Of a DNA stretch of 64,000 nt, positions 1 to 13,037 are shown one piece after another (the first letter of the stretch is position 1; every line of letters begins with the position of its first letter). A program made the translations under genes and the position numbers. The notes under the pieces were generated by a model that was not told the DNA's origin, ran no database searches, and saw nothing but the letters and a program-made list of their open reading frames with translations. Source of the DNA: Isurus oxyrinchus (Eukaryota); contig JANJGN010000022.1 in assembly GCA_026770705.1 (NCBI GenBank), forward strand, positions 19,406,001 through 19,470,000, read 5' to 3'.

Positions 1-2618
1 CCATGAAACAATTCGGGTTGGCAGTTTCCATATCACAAACGCGTACAAGCATCCAAGTGCCAGCTGAGAACAGCAAGTTCTACCAACACTGCCTCACCCA
101 GCCACCTATATGGGAGACTTCAACAGCTACCACACTGACTGGAGTTACTCAGTACTAAACAGTGATGGTGAACAGCTCTGAGAGTGGGTCCCCCAGAAAT
201 GACCTTACCTTGATACACAACCCACCAACAGGGAGCATTCCATTCAGCTAGATGGGGCTGGAAATTCTCACCTGAGCTGTGCTGGGTCAGTTCTCTTGAT
301 TGTCACCCTCAACCAGCACGGTGCCTAGTCCTGGATGATTTCCCACATAGCCAACACAGGCCACCGCTCATCCATATTTGCCTTGGCCTTCCACTCATCA
401 ACAGTGTAAGGTATTTGCGATGGAACTTCCGTAAAGCTGATTGGCAAAAATACAGCAAGATCTTGGACCATAATATTGTAACTATACCTATCCATAACAT
501 ACCTGTATAAGATATATGTAGGTGTTTTGGTGGTGCTATTTGCAAAGCTGCTTGCTTAGACATCCCTCGTGGCTACAGACTCATCTACGTCCCATGCCTT
601 GATGCAGAGAGTGCAGCACTCCTAAAGGAATGAGAATCATCTAGCAACCCTGACATAGCAGTCCACCTCATTAAGTCACTCAATGCTCCTCACTGCGCCA
701 GGGGGGAGGAAACCACCGCAGGGCACAATTTTAATCATTCCAGTTGGATTCACCACCTTGAAGCAGCCCAAAAATGACCTGCATTAAATCACCCATTCGT
801 CACCTCAAGCCAATTGCTCACCATCTGCTCAATGTAGCAAGCGCACCATTGGATAAGAAAACAAAATGCATCATCTGTAGTGAACTGAAAAAAACAACAC
901 CAGCAACACGCAGAACATGGCAGTCCTGATCCTTTCAAGATCACAGAACTAGAGACAACATTAAGGGACCTGAAATGTGGCAAAGCAGCAGGATATGACA
1001 ACATCACACCAAAATTCCTGAAACAGCTCTGCCCCTATGCTCGTACTGACTTACTCAGTTCTACACAAGAATCATCAGCTCAGACTTGCTCCCGAAGGCA
1101 ATGATTTGTGCCATGTCAAAACCCAGAAAAGATCCCACATTGGTAGCCAGCGATCCACCGATTTCACTACCTTGTGTGCTTTAAGATCTTTGAGTGTCCT
1201 TTCCTGCAATGCATATCTCGGGAAGTAGAGGCCATCCTTAATGACGACCAAGTTGGTTTCCGTAAGGGGTGCAGCGCATGTGATCAAGTTCAGATACTCA
1301 TCACCTATATCGAAAATGACTTCCAAAAGAACTTCCAAAGGTGTGGTGCTGCTGGATCTCATAGTTGCCTATGATACAGTGTGGCATGCTGGTCTGCTCC
1401 TAAAGTTGTCCACTGTCTTTCCAACCTGGGTCAAGACAATTGTTGAAATATCCCTTCTCAGCAGATGATTTAGAGTCTATTTTGGAGAAAGGAGAAGTGC
1501 ATGGAGAAGATTGGCTAACTGACTACCACAGGGCTCAGCGCTCGCCCCAACGCTGTTGAATATATATATATATATATATATACTAATAACCTGCCAGCAA
1601 CCACATCTGTAAATTAATCTATGCTGCCAACATTTGTTGTGCCACCCAAGCTCCAATCTTCTGCACCCTAAACCAGACCCTTAACGAAGATGTTACAAAG
1701 TTGACGGACTACTGCACCACATGGTGACTTACGTTGAATTCGTCTAAAGCTATATCCAGTGTATTCTGCCTCCATAGTTCCAGTGCCAAAAGAGAATTGC
1801 ATATTTGCATGGATGGTCAGAGACTAAAGCATGATCCCAACCCAGCCTACTTAGGAGTCATTCTGGATAGGACTATGTCCTTTCAGGAACATCTGAAGAA
1901 AACAGCAACAAAAGTCAAACCCAGAAACAACTTAGTTCCAGCAAGTCTGGTTAATATGTGAGGCACAGCTGCCACAACATTCCAGACCTCAGCACTTGCC
2001 CTGTCATACTCCATAGCAGAGTACTGTGCACCTGTCTGGCACAGGTCGTCTGACACATATCTTGTTGACCAACGATTGAATTCAGCAATGCATATCATAA
2101 CTGGAATTCTCTGCTTAACACCTCTCCCTGGCTTCCTGTCTTTGCAAACATCACTCCCCCACACATCCGCCAACTGACGAAAACCCACAAGCTGGTTGAA
2201 AATATCCGTGATGCACTGCACTTGCCACTATTCAATCCAATTCTGCCTGCCTTCCATCTCGGCATCCCATGTGAGGTGAGCAAGGTCTACCAGCAGACAT
2301 TATTTGGATCAAGGAATGGGAAATACAGGAAGCCACTAATAAGCTGCTTGTGACAAACCCCGCCTGTCGAATGGCAGGCTTTAATCTACCACAGCAGGAG
2401 TGGTCCTTGCTAAATAGGTTCAGGACAGGTCAGGGTCCCTGTGCAGCCAACCTCCACTGTACAAACCCTTTATGCACTTGTGGAGAGACACAAAACAATG
2501 CTGCACATTACCAAGGAGTGCCCCCTCTACAGACCAAATGGCAGACTATTCACCTCAAATTCAGCTAATGAGGAGGTGATCGCTTGGTTCTGGGGCATTG
2601 CATTTGCTAAATAAATAA
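1..2618 (+). mobile_element. Degenerate Vingi/Ingi-like non-LTR retrotransposon (APE endonuclease + RT + C-terminal zinc knuckle); 5' end outside the window
   Basis: Broken-frame motifs: GDFNSYHTDWSY (~112-150), WNFRKADW (~421-444), QVGFRKG / DLIVAYDTVWH (RT), TSALALSYSIAEYCAPVW, WSLLNRFRTGQGPCAANLH..CTCGE; ends in a taaataaataa tail; many stops and frameshifts. Confidence 0.75.
1561..1582. repeat. (TA)n microsatellite inside the Vingi-like LINE
   Basis: Run of about 11 TA units. Confidence 0.95.
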
Positions 2619-3100
2619 CTAAGAATCAACCCTTTCTGCTCCTATGTTTCTTACAAAGAAGATTATAAGCTCAAACTTTGACTTTTTGTGCTCTGCACCG
2701 GTGCTTATTGATCTGTGTGTTTCCTGCTTTTTTTTTGTTTGATTTCCAGCACTTACTGTATTTGGTTTCATAATGTATACAGCTAGTTGATTATTCAATC
2801 AAATGCTGATTCAAATTTGTGATTTCCAGCCCAGAATTATGCTTGAGAAAAATATTTTGTTCTCGGTGGACTCAGTTGCAGTAACCTCTATCAACTTGCC
2901 TCTGGTAAACTGTGGAAACTGAGAGGAAAACTGTTTATAATGTCCTCACCAGATTTTGGCAATGTCCATGCATCCCTAGCATATGTGAATAATCATCCTT
3001 TACCTTTAAAAGCAGATACATGCAAAAAAAAATAAAGAACTGGGGTTCTGTGTACAGATACAAAATATAATTTTTTGTTTCTTAAATGTATTCGTTCTAG

Positions 3101-3248
3101 TGATGAAGCATGCACGTGTGGTCAACTGGTCATCGCTAGCCGGGAAAGTCAGTACAAGATTTTCCATTTTCACCATGGTGGTCTTGATAAACTTAGTGAA
3201 GTGTTTCAGCAATGGAAATATTGCACTGAGACCCATCAGAGGGATCAG
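3101..3248 (+). CDS. TBC1D16: TBC1D16 coding exon (equivalent to human exon 5), 148 nt
   Basis: ttctag|T GAT GAA...GAT CAG|gtatgt; encodes DEACTCGQLVIASRESQYKIFHFHHGGLDKLSEVFQQWKYCTETHQRDQ. Confidence 0.96.
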
Positions 3249-6200
3249 GTATGTAATCAACATGACCTGAAAAATTTGCATGATTATATTGAGCCTAGGA
3301 GTAAGCAATCTGTGCTAATTCTGATTCTGCTCTGGATCAGTGAAAACTATTTACACGCTTCATGGTAATTTAACTACCTGGAAACTGATTCTGAGTTTAA
3401 TTGTATTACACATATGCAGATTACCCAAATACTTTTACAGATAGTTATACTTGTTGTGACACTTTTTATAAATCTGTTGATAAATTAATTTAATATTATT
3501 GGAAATGTGGAAGTTTTATTATTTTTTCCCTCCTCTGCCATAGATTTTCCTTTAATCTTCTAGATATAACAGAAATTCAGTTGCATTATTCTAGTTTGCA
3601 AAGCATTTTGGGATGTAAAAGCATTTGGAGAAATCAATTAGCAGTTTGTTCACAGCCAGCTTTTACACAAACTGGTAACAGACCACCAGTTAACACATCT
3701 CTGGCAGTAACTATGTTTTCGGAACAATCTGGTCCCTGCATGGTGACCTATGCAAAGTGGATTTTGGTTGAGAAGGGTTCTGGCTTGCAAAGTGAATTGC
3801 TGAGGCCATTGGAATTCTTCTGAGTCAGTCTCCCTTCTCTCGCTTCTATTTGGTTTGGAGGTGGAAAATGAGGATCTGAGAAGGATGGAAAGAAAGTGTG
3901 TTGAGAAAGTAGGTGGGTTGCCTACATAACCCTCATGCATGGAACCATTCTACAAACTGAGGTTTTGGTACTTGGGTGTATCTCTGGGGAGCTGACTTTG
4001 TTAGCTCAACATCACAAAGGAGGTAGTTATGAAGTTAAGCCATATCCTCCAATCTGACCTTCAGACAAAATGACAACAAAGATGACACTGCTAGTGCCAC
4101 TAAACATTTTTGCCTCATGTTCATTCCAATATCAACAACATCAGCCAATTGACCAATACATTAAACAGGACACTGATTATATGTGTGCAAAAGTGCATGA
4201 AAATTCAATAGTTTTCCTCCCAAAATCACAACACCAGAGTGAAAGGCCTGACAATTTTTTTTCATATCAGATTCTTCAAAATTTAGGAAATTGTTCGGAC
4301 ATATGTGACCATTTGTGTTCAGGGTTCAATTCAATGCTTTCATGAACAATGAGGGTTATCAGTCTATCAGGTTAGTTACTATTTCTCACACCATTTCCTG
4401 TTAGAAACAATGCTTTTATTTGGTCCATTTTAAAAAGACAGATAGGATATGATCCTCTTCAATTATGAGCTGCAGCAGAAGAGTAAAGAAAGATGTGTAA
4501 TCAAGATCATTATTAAAACACATTATTAAAACAAAAGCATTGCTTCAAGTGACTGGACAGATTTGTGGGTGGTTTGCAATAAGCCCCGACTCAATCTCCA
4601 AGATCATTCTAATCTGTCAATAACTCCACTTCTTTGCCATCTAGAGAGACCTAGTTATGGAGGAGGTGGCACACCTACAGCCAAGGGTGCAGCAAGAAAT
4701 GTTGAATCTAAATAAGAAAGATACAGCTGGCTGTTACTGAGCAAAAATCACCTGACTACTACTGAAACATACCCTTAGTTTTGCCAACGTTCAGCTCTAT
4801 TACTTAGAGCACTTTTCATTCTTGTCTTCTGAATGCTTCTATTCAACTCAGTTAAAAAAAGACTTTGACTACATCTATCCCATGTTCATTCCTGCTCTCC
4901 TCTAGTTTAGCAAACTTCATTATATAGACATTGTATGTGGAAGTCACTGTTACTTCAACCAGTTACTTTGTTTCTGGGCACGCAGGATGACAAATGGCGT
5001 GCATGGGAGTATAACTGAGAGTGATGGTGAGATCGATCAAGTCCTATTTCAAAGTCCTTTCCAGAATGTTGAAGTTTAAATAAGACACTTGGAGTCCTAT
5101 GCTTCTATAGTATCACTGTGAGTATTCACAAGAGAAAGTCCAACTGGGTTTAGGACCTCTGTTTGTAGGGATTCTGCTACGGATGGCCCTGGAGTTGCTA
5201 CGTGCTTTGTTAAGCAATCATACACCGCTGCTGACATTCAGGCAGTGAATTCCTCATTACTTGTCATCAGACTTTGCAGGTTGCTTAATCCTTGGATAAC
5301 ATTCTTTCATGCACAAGCTCCATGAAGCTCCAGTTTCTGGCTTTAGCAGGTGAACCATGACAGCGGATGGCCCTCAAGCCTGCATGTTACCTGTTCTTTT
5401 ATTGCAGCTTCCACCTAATTCTGCTCCTTCATGCTCTGTGCTTCATCCTGGGCTCCCTCCTCAAACTGTCCTATTCATTCAGAGCTGATGTATCTGTTCT
5501 GGTGCTTGCAACATTTGAAGTCAATGGTGATTCATAGTGTGAGCTGTTGCCTTACCCTTCAGCATTTGAAACTATAACTGCTTTTAAGGGAATGCCTATA
5601 GAAATTGAAGAGAAAGTTGGGATAGAATCCTGGCTGCAAGATGTCCCTTTAATTCAAGCCTGCAGTGCGGTATACTACTTATCGTGCTGTTGTGCTGCAG
5701 TGTTTGGTGGAGATTGAGAGTGAGTAGAGAGAGAAAGAGTGAAAAGATAGAATGGTGCTAACCCTAAGGTTGAGAAAGCTTCCAATTGTACTCCCCTTAA
5801 TTCCCATATTACTTCTGTCCCGTAAACTTTTTTGTGCCTCCAAATTGACTAATAGACCTGAAGTTGCACAGCCTCTTCCTGTGTGCTTTTGCTTTTTTCC
5901 TTTATGTGCCGCCTCCTTTTGAGATATTGGAAGTTTGAGTATTGTGATATTGGAAGTTTGAAGAATACAGATGTTGACATCCAAGTGCTTACCATGCATG
6001 AGTAAATTATCGTATATCATATGCAGGTATTGTTGGAAGCTTGCTATGTTGGCACAGCTTTACAGATGCAAATAAGACAGTTGTCTTACATTTTGGGACT
6101 GGCTACCAAAGTTTCTTTTGCAACAATTTGGAAATGAACATGAATCTCTAAAAATGTTAACTGCATGATTTGCATGTGACCTCAATCAAACTGTAAAATT

Positions 6201-6513
6201 AAGAGAAAATTTATTTGGCCATGCATATTTTGCTGATTTAGTTGAATAGGCAAGTGTTTAGTATTCTGTCTTGGCCATTTTCCTGATGCTGTCAAATGTT
6301 TGGCTTATTTTCACATTTCTGTGGCAGCGGGGAATACATTTGCCTTTTAGACCATAGCTTCTCACACAGTGCATTTGGTTGCTCAATGAGGTGGGTGCTG
6401 TTCTGCCCAAAATACAAACCCCCCTCTTTCCTGAACCTCCACTCCTTCATTTGAGAGTAGGTTAGTTTTCCTGTTTTTTTTTCTGTGCTCTGGATGAAGC
6501 ACCGAACTGTGCT

Positions 6514-7192
6514 GGAGGGGATTTTGTGGCTGACGCATAGAAAATCAGCAGCAATCATTTGAGCTGTTGCTATTGCAGGACATTCCACCCTACATTAAGT
6601 GAGCTGCCAGTTAACTGGCAGTTAAGTTGAGGCCCAGTTCAGGCAGGATGCCGATTGTGGATATTTCATGCCAAACTCAAGTTTGTGCAAGGTCAGCCTT
6701 TTTGCAAACAGCGGGAAAAATATTCACTATGAAAGAAAACAAGGGCTGGAATCTTTTCTGGAGGTGGTGACTTTGCCCAGTGTTTGAAAAGTTGCAGCCT
6801 ATCTCACCTCCGCTGACCCAGGAAGCCACAACCAATTTACAGCTGTTAACTGCCTGAGGTTGTGGTTTCCACTTGCAAGAACTTCCAGCCACTCAGGTGA
6901 CTGGAAGTTCTCCAGTGTCAGCAGCGTCACTGAGACCTTTGACCAGTGTTGGGACTGTGGTCAGAACAGCGATGGAGGCCAGATAAGCAGGTAAGTGACC
7001 GCCAGGGCCAGTTAGGCAGGTCCCATGTTAGGGGTGGCATTCAAGAGGCCAGGGTGGGAGGGATAAGCAAGGGTGGAATACAGGGAGCCTGAACAGGACG
7101 GCCCGCTCTCCTCCGCCTCTCTCTTTCTCTCCCCTCCCCCCACCCACCCAGATGGCAGCCTGCTCCTGTGGTGGGCATGTAAAATTCTAGCC
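6514..7192. mobile_element. PIF/Harbinger-type MITE (non-autonomous)
   Basis: Degenerate terminal inverted repeats ggaggggatttt ... aaaattctagcc, GC-rich body, no ORF, internal 18-bp palindrome. Confidence 0.55.
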
Positions 7193-7196
7193 AAAG

Positions 7197-7625
7197 GCTT
7201 GCTGCATTTATATAGCGTCTTTCATGATTGTAGGGCATCCTAAAGTGCTTTATAGCTAACAAAGTACTTTTGAAGTACTGTTGTTATTTGGCATTGTGAC
7301 GGCCGATTTGTGCACAGTAATGTGATGATGACTCGATGATCTGTTTTTATGATGTATTTAAGGGATAAATATTGGCCAGGACACCAGAGATAATTCTCCA
7401 GCTGTTCTTCAAAATAGTACCATGGGACCTTTTACGTTTAGAGGACTGACAGAGCCTCGCTTTAACTTCTCATCTGAAAGCCAGTACCACTGATAGCATA
7501 GCACATGTTGTACTGAAATGGGCCCTTCTCGGTCATGTGCTCAAGTCCCTGGAGTGGGACTTGAACTCACAACCTTCTGACTTAAGAGATGAAAGTGCTA
7601 TCCACTAACCTATGGCTGACACATG
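7197..7625 (-). mobile_element. tRNA-derived Deu-domain SINE (SacSINE1/AmnSINE1-related)
   Basis: Minus strand reads a tRNA-like head ggttagtgg...gttcaagtccc, a Deu-like core (gatgagaagttaaagcgaggctc...gtcccatggtactattttgaaga...tcctggccaatatttatccc) and a tail ending ctatataaatgca. Confidence 0.75.
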
Positions 7626-9839
7626 ATCCAAAGCCACTGGATCAGAAAATCCTTCTGCAGAAGGCCACCAACTCTTTTGGATTCATAACCCAGTGTAGTC
7701 ACCACGTTCAGGAGAAACCACCTTCCAGAGAAACTGAAAGAAAATTGATAGCGCCAGATGGTGGGGTGGAGGGGGAATGAGCGTAATCTTAATGTGGATA
7801 TACTTTCATTACACAGTGTGTTCCTGATCATAATTCTCCAAGGCGGTGTTCAATACAGTTATACAATAGTAGAACAAATAGGCTCACTCCAAAATGAGAG
7901 GGCATTTTATTACCTATAATTTAAGAAAGATATAATCATTTTTCTCATTTCATTTGTTCATTAATTTTCTAAATTCACAGGAAATTGATGCAATGTTTTG
8001 TAAAGAAAGTAGAGTAAACATTGGAGCCAACAAATTTACTCAATAAATGTCAGTCCATATTGGCTTTTAGAAGGTGTACTTTTACACGGTGGGATTGAGT
8101 GAAACAGTTTTTCTTTCCTTCCTTTCTCCACCCCTTTAAGCTGTTCTATCTAACAAACTGTGAAACCTCACCAAATGCTGTTAACCAAGTCCAAATATTA
8201 TTTAAGCTAGGATTTAGACTTGGGGCATCTTTGTTAGCAATCTGATGCTGATGCTCCCTAATTTAATTTGCATCTCCCTAATTGATTTTAGGAGAGCAAT
8301 CACCGAGGTGTTAAAACACACAATTTTAATTTAGTATTTTGTGAAATCCCTTTGGCCTGAATTTATAGCCTGGACCATATGTGGCTTTGTGGAGACCTAT
8401 TTAACTTTAGTCTCTAGAAATGATTGCCCATTCCTTTGCAGTAATATTTGTTAGTATGCTGTTGTACCTGGACATCCAGCTTTTTGTTTTTAATCAAACA
8501 TTGATTCCTTTGTAGGGTTTGAATTATATATTAATTATTTACTAGTTTCTGGTGATGGGCATTTACTGGAGATTTACCTGTGAAACTGGTTGTTGGATTG
8601 GAAGTGCATATGTGAAGCTCTGCAAGTAAGTGTGTAAAGACTAGGCTCAAGTTCTGTCTTTTGTTTCTTGGCTATCAGAGTTATAATTAGATCAGATGTG
8701 TTTAGTGTCCTTTTTTGGTTTGTTTGGTTCAAGGCATTACAGATACTTTAGATTGGCAAGGCTTCCCACATGGTGAGTTCCCACTCCCATCTCAGCAATC
8801 TATGGTTGAGGCCAGTAGAGCCTTGGCATTTCATTGAAGGAAGGAAATATGGGAACACCAGCATGCAAGTCAAGTCATTTTAAAGTAATTTCTGTGTCTT
8901 TTAAAAACCAGCAGGCAAATCAAGTCACTGTAGGCCATTCCTGTATGTTTATAGCTGGGTCGCTTGACTCTGCTAAATGTCCAAAAGCAGATTGTCAATC
9001 TGCATCTTGGATGTGGAACCCTAAAAGGAACAAAAGAGCTTATACTTCTGATGCATTCTACCCTAAACATTATACAACGTGAACAGAAGAATGGGTGGTC
9101 TATGAGCATGTTGTACGAATACCAATCCTACAGATGTGTCCAGGGGTATCCAGGAATTAAAAGATTAATCTGCACACTGCTGTGAACAACCCAGGAGAAA
9201 AATCACAGGGGAATGTTTTTTAAAAAATGTTTACGTTTTCTTAACTGTTAAATGAAAGTGTTCAAAAAATATTGGCAATGACGGAGAGAAAAGGCTGACC
9301 AGTTGGAGGTGACAAGTCATGTGATGAAGTCTCCAAGATTATGTACAAACAGAACTGGCAATGCTAGCATGTAGTTTTTTTGATGACAAGAATTAATGAT
9401 GCCTCACTGTGTGTACTATTTGATTTTTAATACTATCTAGACATTCACACTCATGATGCTGAACTGAACTGCATTTGAGTCTAGTAAGAGGTTGCTGCTT
9501 GAGGTCCTGCAACCAGAAAGGAGTTACCAAGTTTGACAATTCAATTGTCAAATCTCCAACAGTGAATTAGGAGTTTAAAAAAAATCACCAAAGCAAGAGA
9601 GCTTAAGCTTAGGGTCAACATATTCCAGGGATTCACTGGTCTTTGGAATGAAAATAGTCCATTATCAAGGTGCACGTTTCATGCTTTGTTGTTTTCTGTG
9701 TCTCAAAGAATGCTGAAGTCGATTGAAATTTTCTGAAAACCATATCCTGCTTATTTGTATATCATGTAAAATGAACCAGATTGTTGGTTTACTGTTGATT
9801 TCAACTCATTCCTCTTCCTGAATTCTCTGCCCGAAGGCA

Positions 9840-10012
9840 GTCCTTAAAGATTATTCACCAAACCACAGCAAAGTTGCTGTGATTTTTGCTATGGGTAGGA
9901 TGAGGGGGCTGGCCCCGAATCAACATCAGCCGGAATGGGGATCGAATTCCTTGCTGTTGACACTAATCTGATTCACATGCTAGTCATCTAGCCAACTGCC
10001 TAACACAGCACC
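9840..10012 (-). mobile_element. tRNA-headed SINE fragment
   Basis: Reverse complement has an A-box-like ggcagttggctag and a B-box-like aattcgatccc. Confidence 0.5.
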
Positions 10013-10416
10013 CCAATCTCAATAGTGTTTATAATTCTGCATGGAAGAAAAATGGAGACACACATAATCTTGTAGTATGCAGTATAGACAAGAGGTTTCA
10101 TTGCATACAACAGTTCCTATCATATGATTATGTATTGGGCAGTAAGGATAAGTTTCTGATCATGGTAGACTTGAGGTTTGGTTACAAGAGCGATTGACAA
10201 TGCTGAAACAAGCGTGGACCTGTAATAATTAGTAGCCTATCCAAACGGAACAAAATCCATTCACCTCAGCTCCAATTCAAATCCTGTCAATGAGAGTTTG
10301 CCAGCCACACTGAGTTACAGATGGGCAGCAATAGCTTTGATTACTTATTGCTATCTTAGCCAGTTGATATTTTCCATTTGTATTTTGTACCCCTTATTCT
10401 GAAGGAGTGGTGCAGT

Positions 10417-10529
10417 TGCATTTTTTTCACCTGTGTCGGGCGATATATCTGGTAAATGATGTAACTGCATTTTTTTCACCTGTGTCGGCAATATATCTGG
10501 TAAATGATGTAACTGCATTTTTTTTTCAC
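10417..10529. repeat. Tandem duplication, 48-49 bp unit, about 2.3 copies
   Basis: tgcatttttttcacctgtgtcgg(g)cRatatatctggtaaatgatgtaac starts at 10417 and 10466, with a partial copy at 10514. Confidence 0.95.
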
Positions 10530-10562
10530 AGCCGTGTAACTAGTCTTTCTCATCCCCTCCAG

Positions 10563-10727
10563 GTGTCTGATGTAAAGGCTTGCATGCAGTTCTCAATAAA
10601 ACGCCCTAATTTGCCATCATCAGAGACTCACCCAGAAGAGAATATGTACAAGCGGTTAGATGTCACTACATGGTTAAACCATCTGAATGATGCTGGCCAA
10701 GTGGAAGAGGAATACAAACTCCGCAAG
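10563..10727 (+). CDS. TBC1D16: TBC1D16 coding exon (human exon 6 equivalent), 165 nt
   Basis: ctccag|GTG TCT...CGC AAG|gtttga; VSDVKACMQFSIKRPNLPSSETHPEENMYKRLDVTTWLNHLNDAGQVEEEYKLRK. Confidence 0.95.
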
Positions 10728-13037
10728 GTTTGAGAACTGCTTAAATATTCAGTGTCTTTACCAACAGGTTAGGCAGGTCAAGGATGTTGCCCATGGTTTC
10801 CCAGTGATTAGGTTCTGATTTTTGGTTGGATTGACCGCAAAGAATTGAAATCCAAAAAGCTTCCTTCTCGCATGAAAGAGGAGAGAAAATCCTGTTGCTG
10901 GTTATTCTTAGGAGCCATCTCCAAAGAAACCTAGGCAGAGGCCTGGGGAAATGTGTTTTTTGTGAAATGGGAGTGAAGAAAGGGTTTGGGGAAAAATAGA
11001 GATGGATTAAGAGTTAGTTAGCTGCAACTCATTCTGGGCATCGAAAGGGAGAAGTGATATCGTTCATCAATTCATGCTGCTTCGCTGCATTTCAGACTGG
11101 ACCATAAAATGTCAGTGAGGCACATTAAGTTGAGCTATCGAATTCTCACCACGGTGAATTTCATGGCTCCACCGTAGTAACATCACAAAAAAAGGTCGTC
11201 CAAGATAATCTTGAAGACCTACTATCAGCTACCTGGAATGACATTGAGAAACCTTGGAACTGGTTTCTCATCTATCTTATTGTCCTCTTGCGTTTATGCT
11301 TCTCTCTCTCTCTTTTCCCCCCACCACTTCACTCAACCCACACCCCCAACTTGCACGTGCCTGCCTTGTTTTTCCCCCCCCCCCTGCAAGTTTTCTTCTG
11401 TCTCCATTTTAGCTACTATAGGAAAGACAAAACCTATAATGCAAGTGACTTGGGGAAGAAACTAAGTGCTCTGATTCTGATTTAGCAGATAACCCACAAT
11501 TGAGAATTCTTGTACTGCTATTGTGCTGGAGTATAGAGTAGAAGTTTGTTTAGAAAGCTAAGTCTATACACTGTAGTGAAACTGGTAATAGAATGTACCT
11601 GTGCAAATATGTTGTCTGTATGCAGAAGTTATTCGTAAGTGATTCGTACATACTTGTGCCTCTTCAATTCTTGAAATAAAGGAAATGCTAATATTCTTAT
11701 TCTATTTGCCTTTTTTGTTCAAGAATGTCCCTTCTGGGCTGCTTGAGGATTTGTAGTTGAAAATTGCCCAAATATGGTTTCATATTTGCTGTCAAAACAG
11801 ATCAAACCTTTCATTTCCCCAAATAGAACTTCAATTGGGGAATAATGAAATAGCTCAGCAGTGTAACATGTTTAGTACGTTGTGTCCATGGGCTGGAAGA
11901 TTTTTGAAACTTAGCCATGAGTAATGTTCCTCCAGGCAACTAGCTGCTGATCTTGGCTTTATCATTGGACACAGTACTGAAATGAGGTGCCTTGTTGAAA
12001 GGAAGCAAGAAAATTTGGCTGTGCCTTGTATCACAATCTAGCTCTAGTATATCATACCAGCTGGCCACAAATGAGCATTGGCAGAGAGACCATGGAGAAG
12101 TCTGCAGTTTTCTACCCATCCTCTCACCCTGATTCTGTGAAGCAAATATTAAGTACAGGATCTTAAGAATTAAATTATATATTTGTCCTGCTTCATTTGC
12201 TGTCTGTGCCATTTTACTTCCTGTTGCCTTTTGAATGACTATTGAAGGAATGCAAGGATATATTCAGCTACAAAGCTTTTAGTTTTATTACAGTTGATCT
12301 AGTATTTCTGCAACTTTATAATAAAACTTGTACTCCATGCCTCCAAGTATTACCCGTTGTAAGACTTAACTTTGAGAATGATGCTGAATTAAACTCAGAA
12401 CACTTAAGAGTTTTTGTCGCTTTTTTTGTCAACTTTTCCTCATCATGTTCACCTTTGATTTGGGGTTTGCCTATATGAACTGTGTCATTGTCAAGGCGCC
12501 TCCAGTTCAGCTTTAATCTTCTCCCTGCTAGTACAGAATTCCCAGCTTTTGTTGTGGAAATTTAGTGCATATGTGGACCCTTCCAATGCTGATATCCCTG
12601 CAGCACACCTCTGTTCTTGTGCCCAGCTCTGTAAAGATAGTGGTGGTTTTGTAGTACCTGTTCCTAACTATATAGTGTTCCACCTCCCAATGCACAATTA
12701 ATCAACCATGTTGCTGAAGACCTTGCTGCAAAAGAATGATCTTTTCTTTGAAAAGTTGTCCCTTTTTTTATAATCAAATGGCCTGACTTAGAGCAAGAGT
12801 TGTGACTAGTGTAAAATTCTAATTACTATATATCAACTAGCTTCTGAGGTGCATGATTTTTTATAGCAAAATGTATGCTTGTTGATATTGATCCATTCTG
12901 AATTCCACCTTTTGTATTTTTAAAGTTATTTGTATTAGTCTTATTTAAAGTGCTGGCAGGCCTCCATTGAGTATTCTTTCTGATCAGTCAGCCCTGGTGT
13001 TATCCCATATGGCACAGTTGCTGGTCGCTGCCTTGCT

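Noticed and set aside
7545-7625. tRNA gene candidate
   Set aside because: It is the tRNA-derived head of a Deu-domain SINE and continues into the SINE body
10417-10529. CRISPR-like repeat array
   Set aside because: Units are directly adjacent with no unique spacers, and the context is eukaryotic
10407-10562. Upstream ORF extension with the repeated peptide AIYLVNDVTAFF
   Set aside because: Translation of the intronic tandem duplication; TBC1D16 homology starts at the 10563 acceptor
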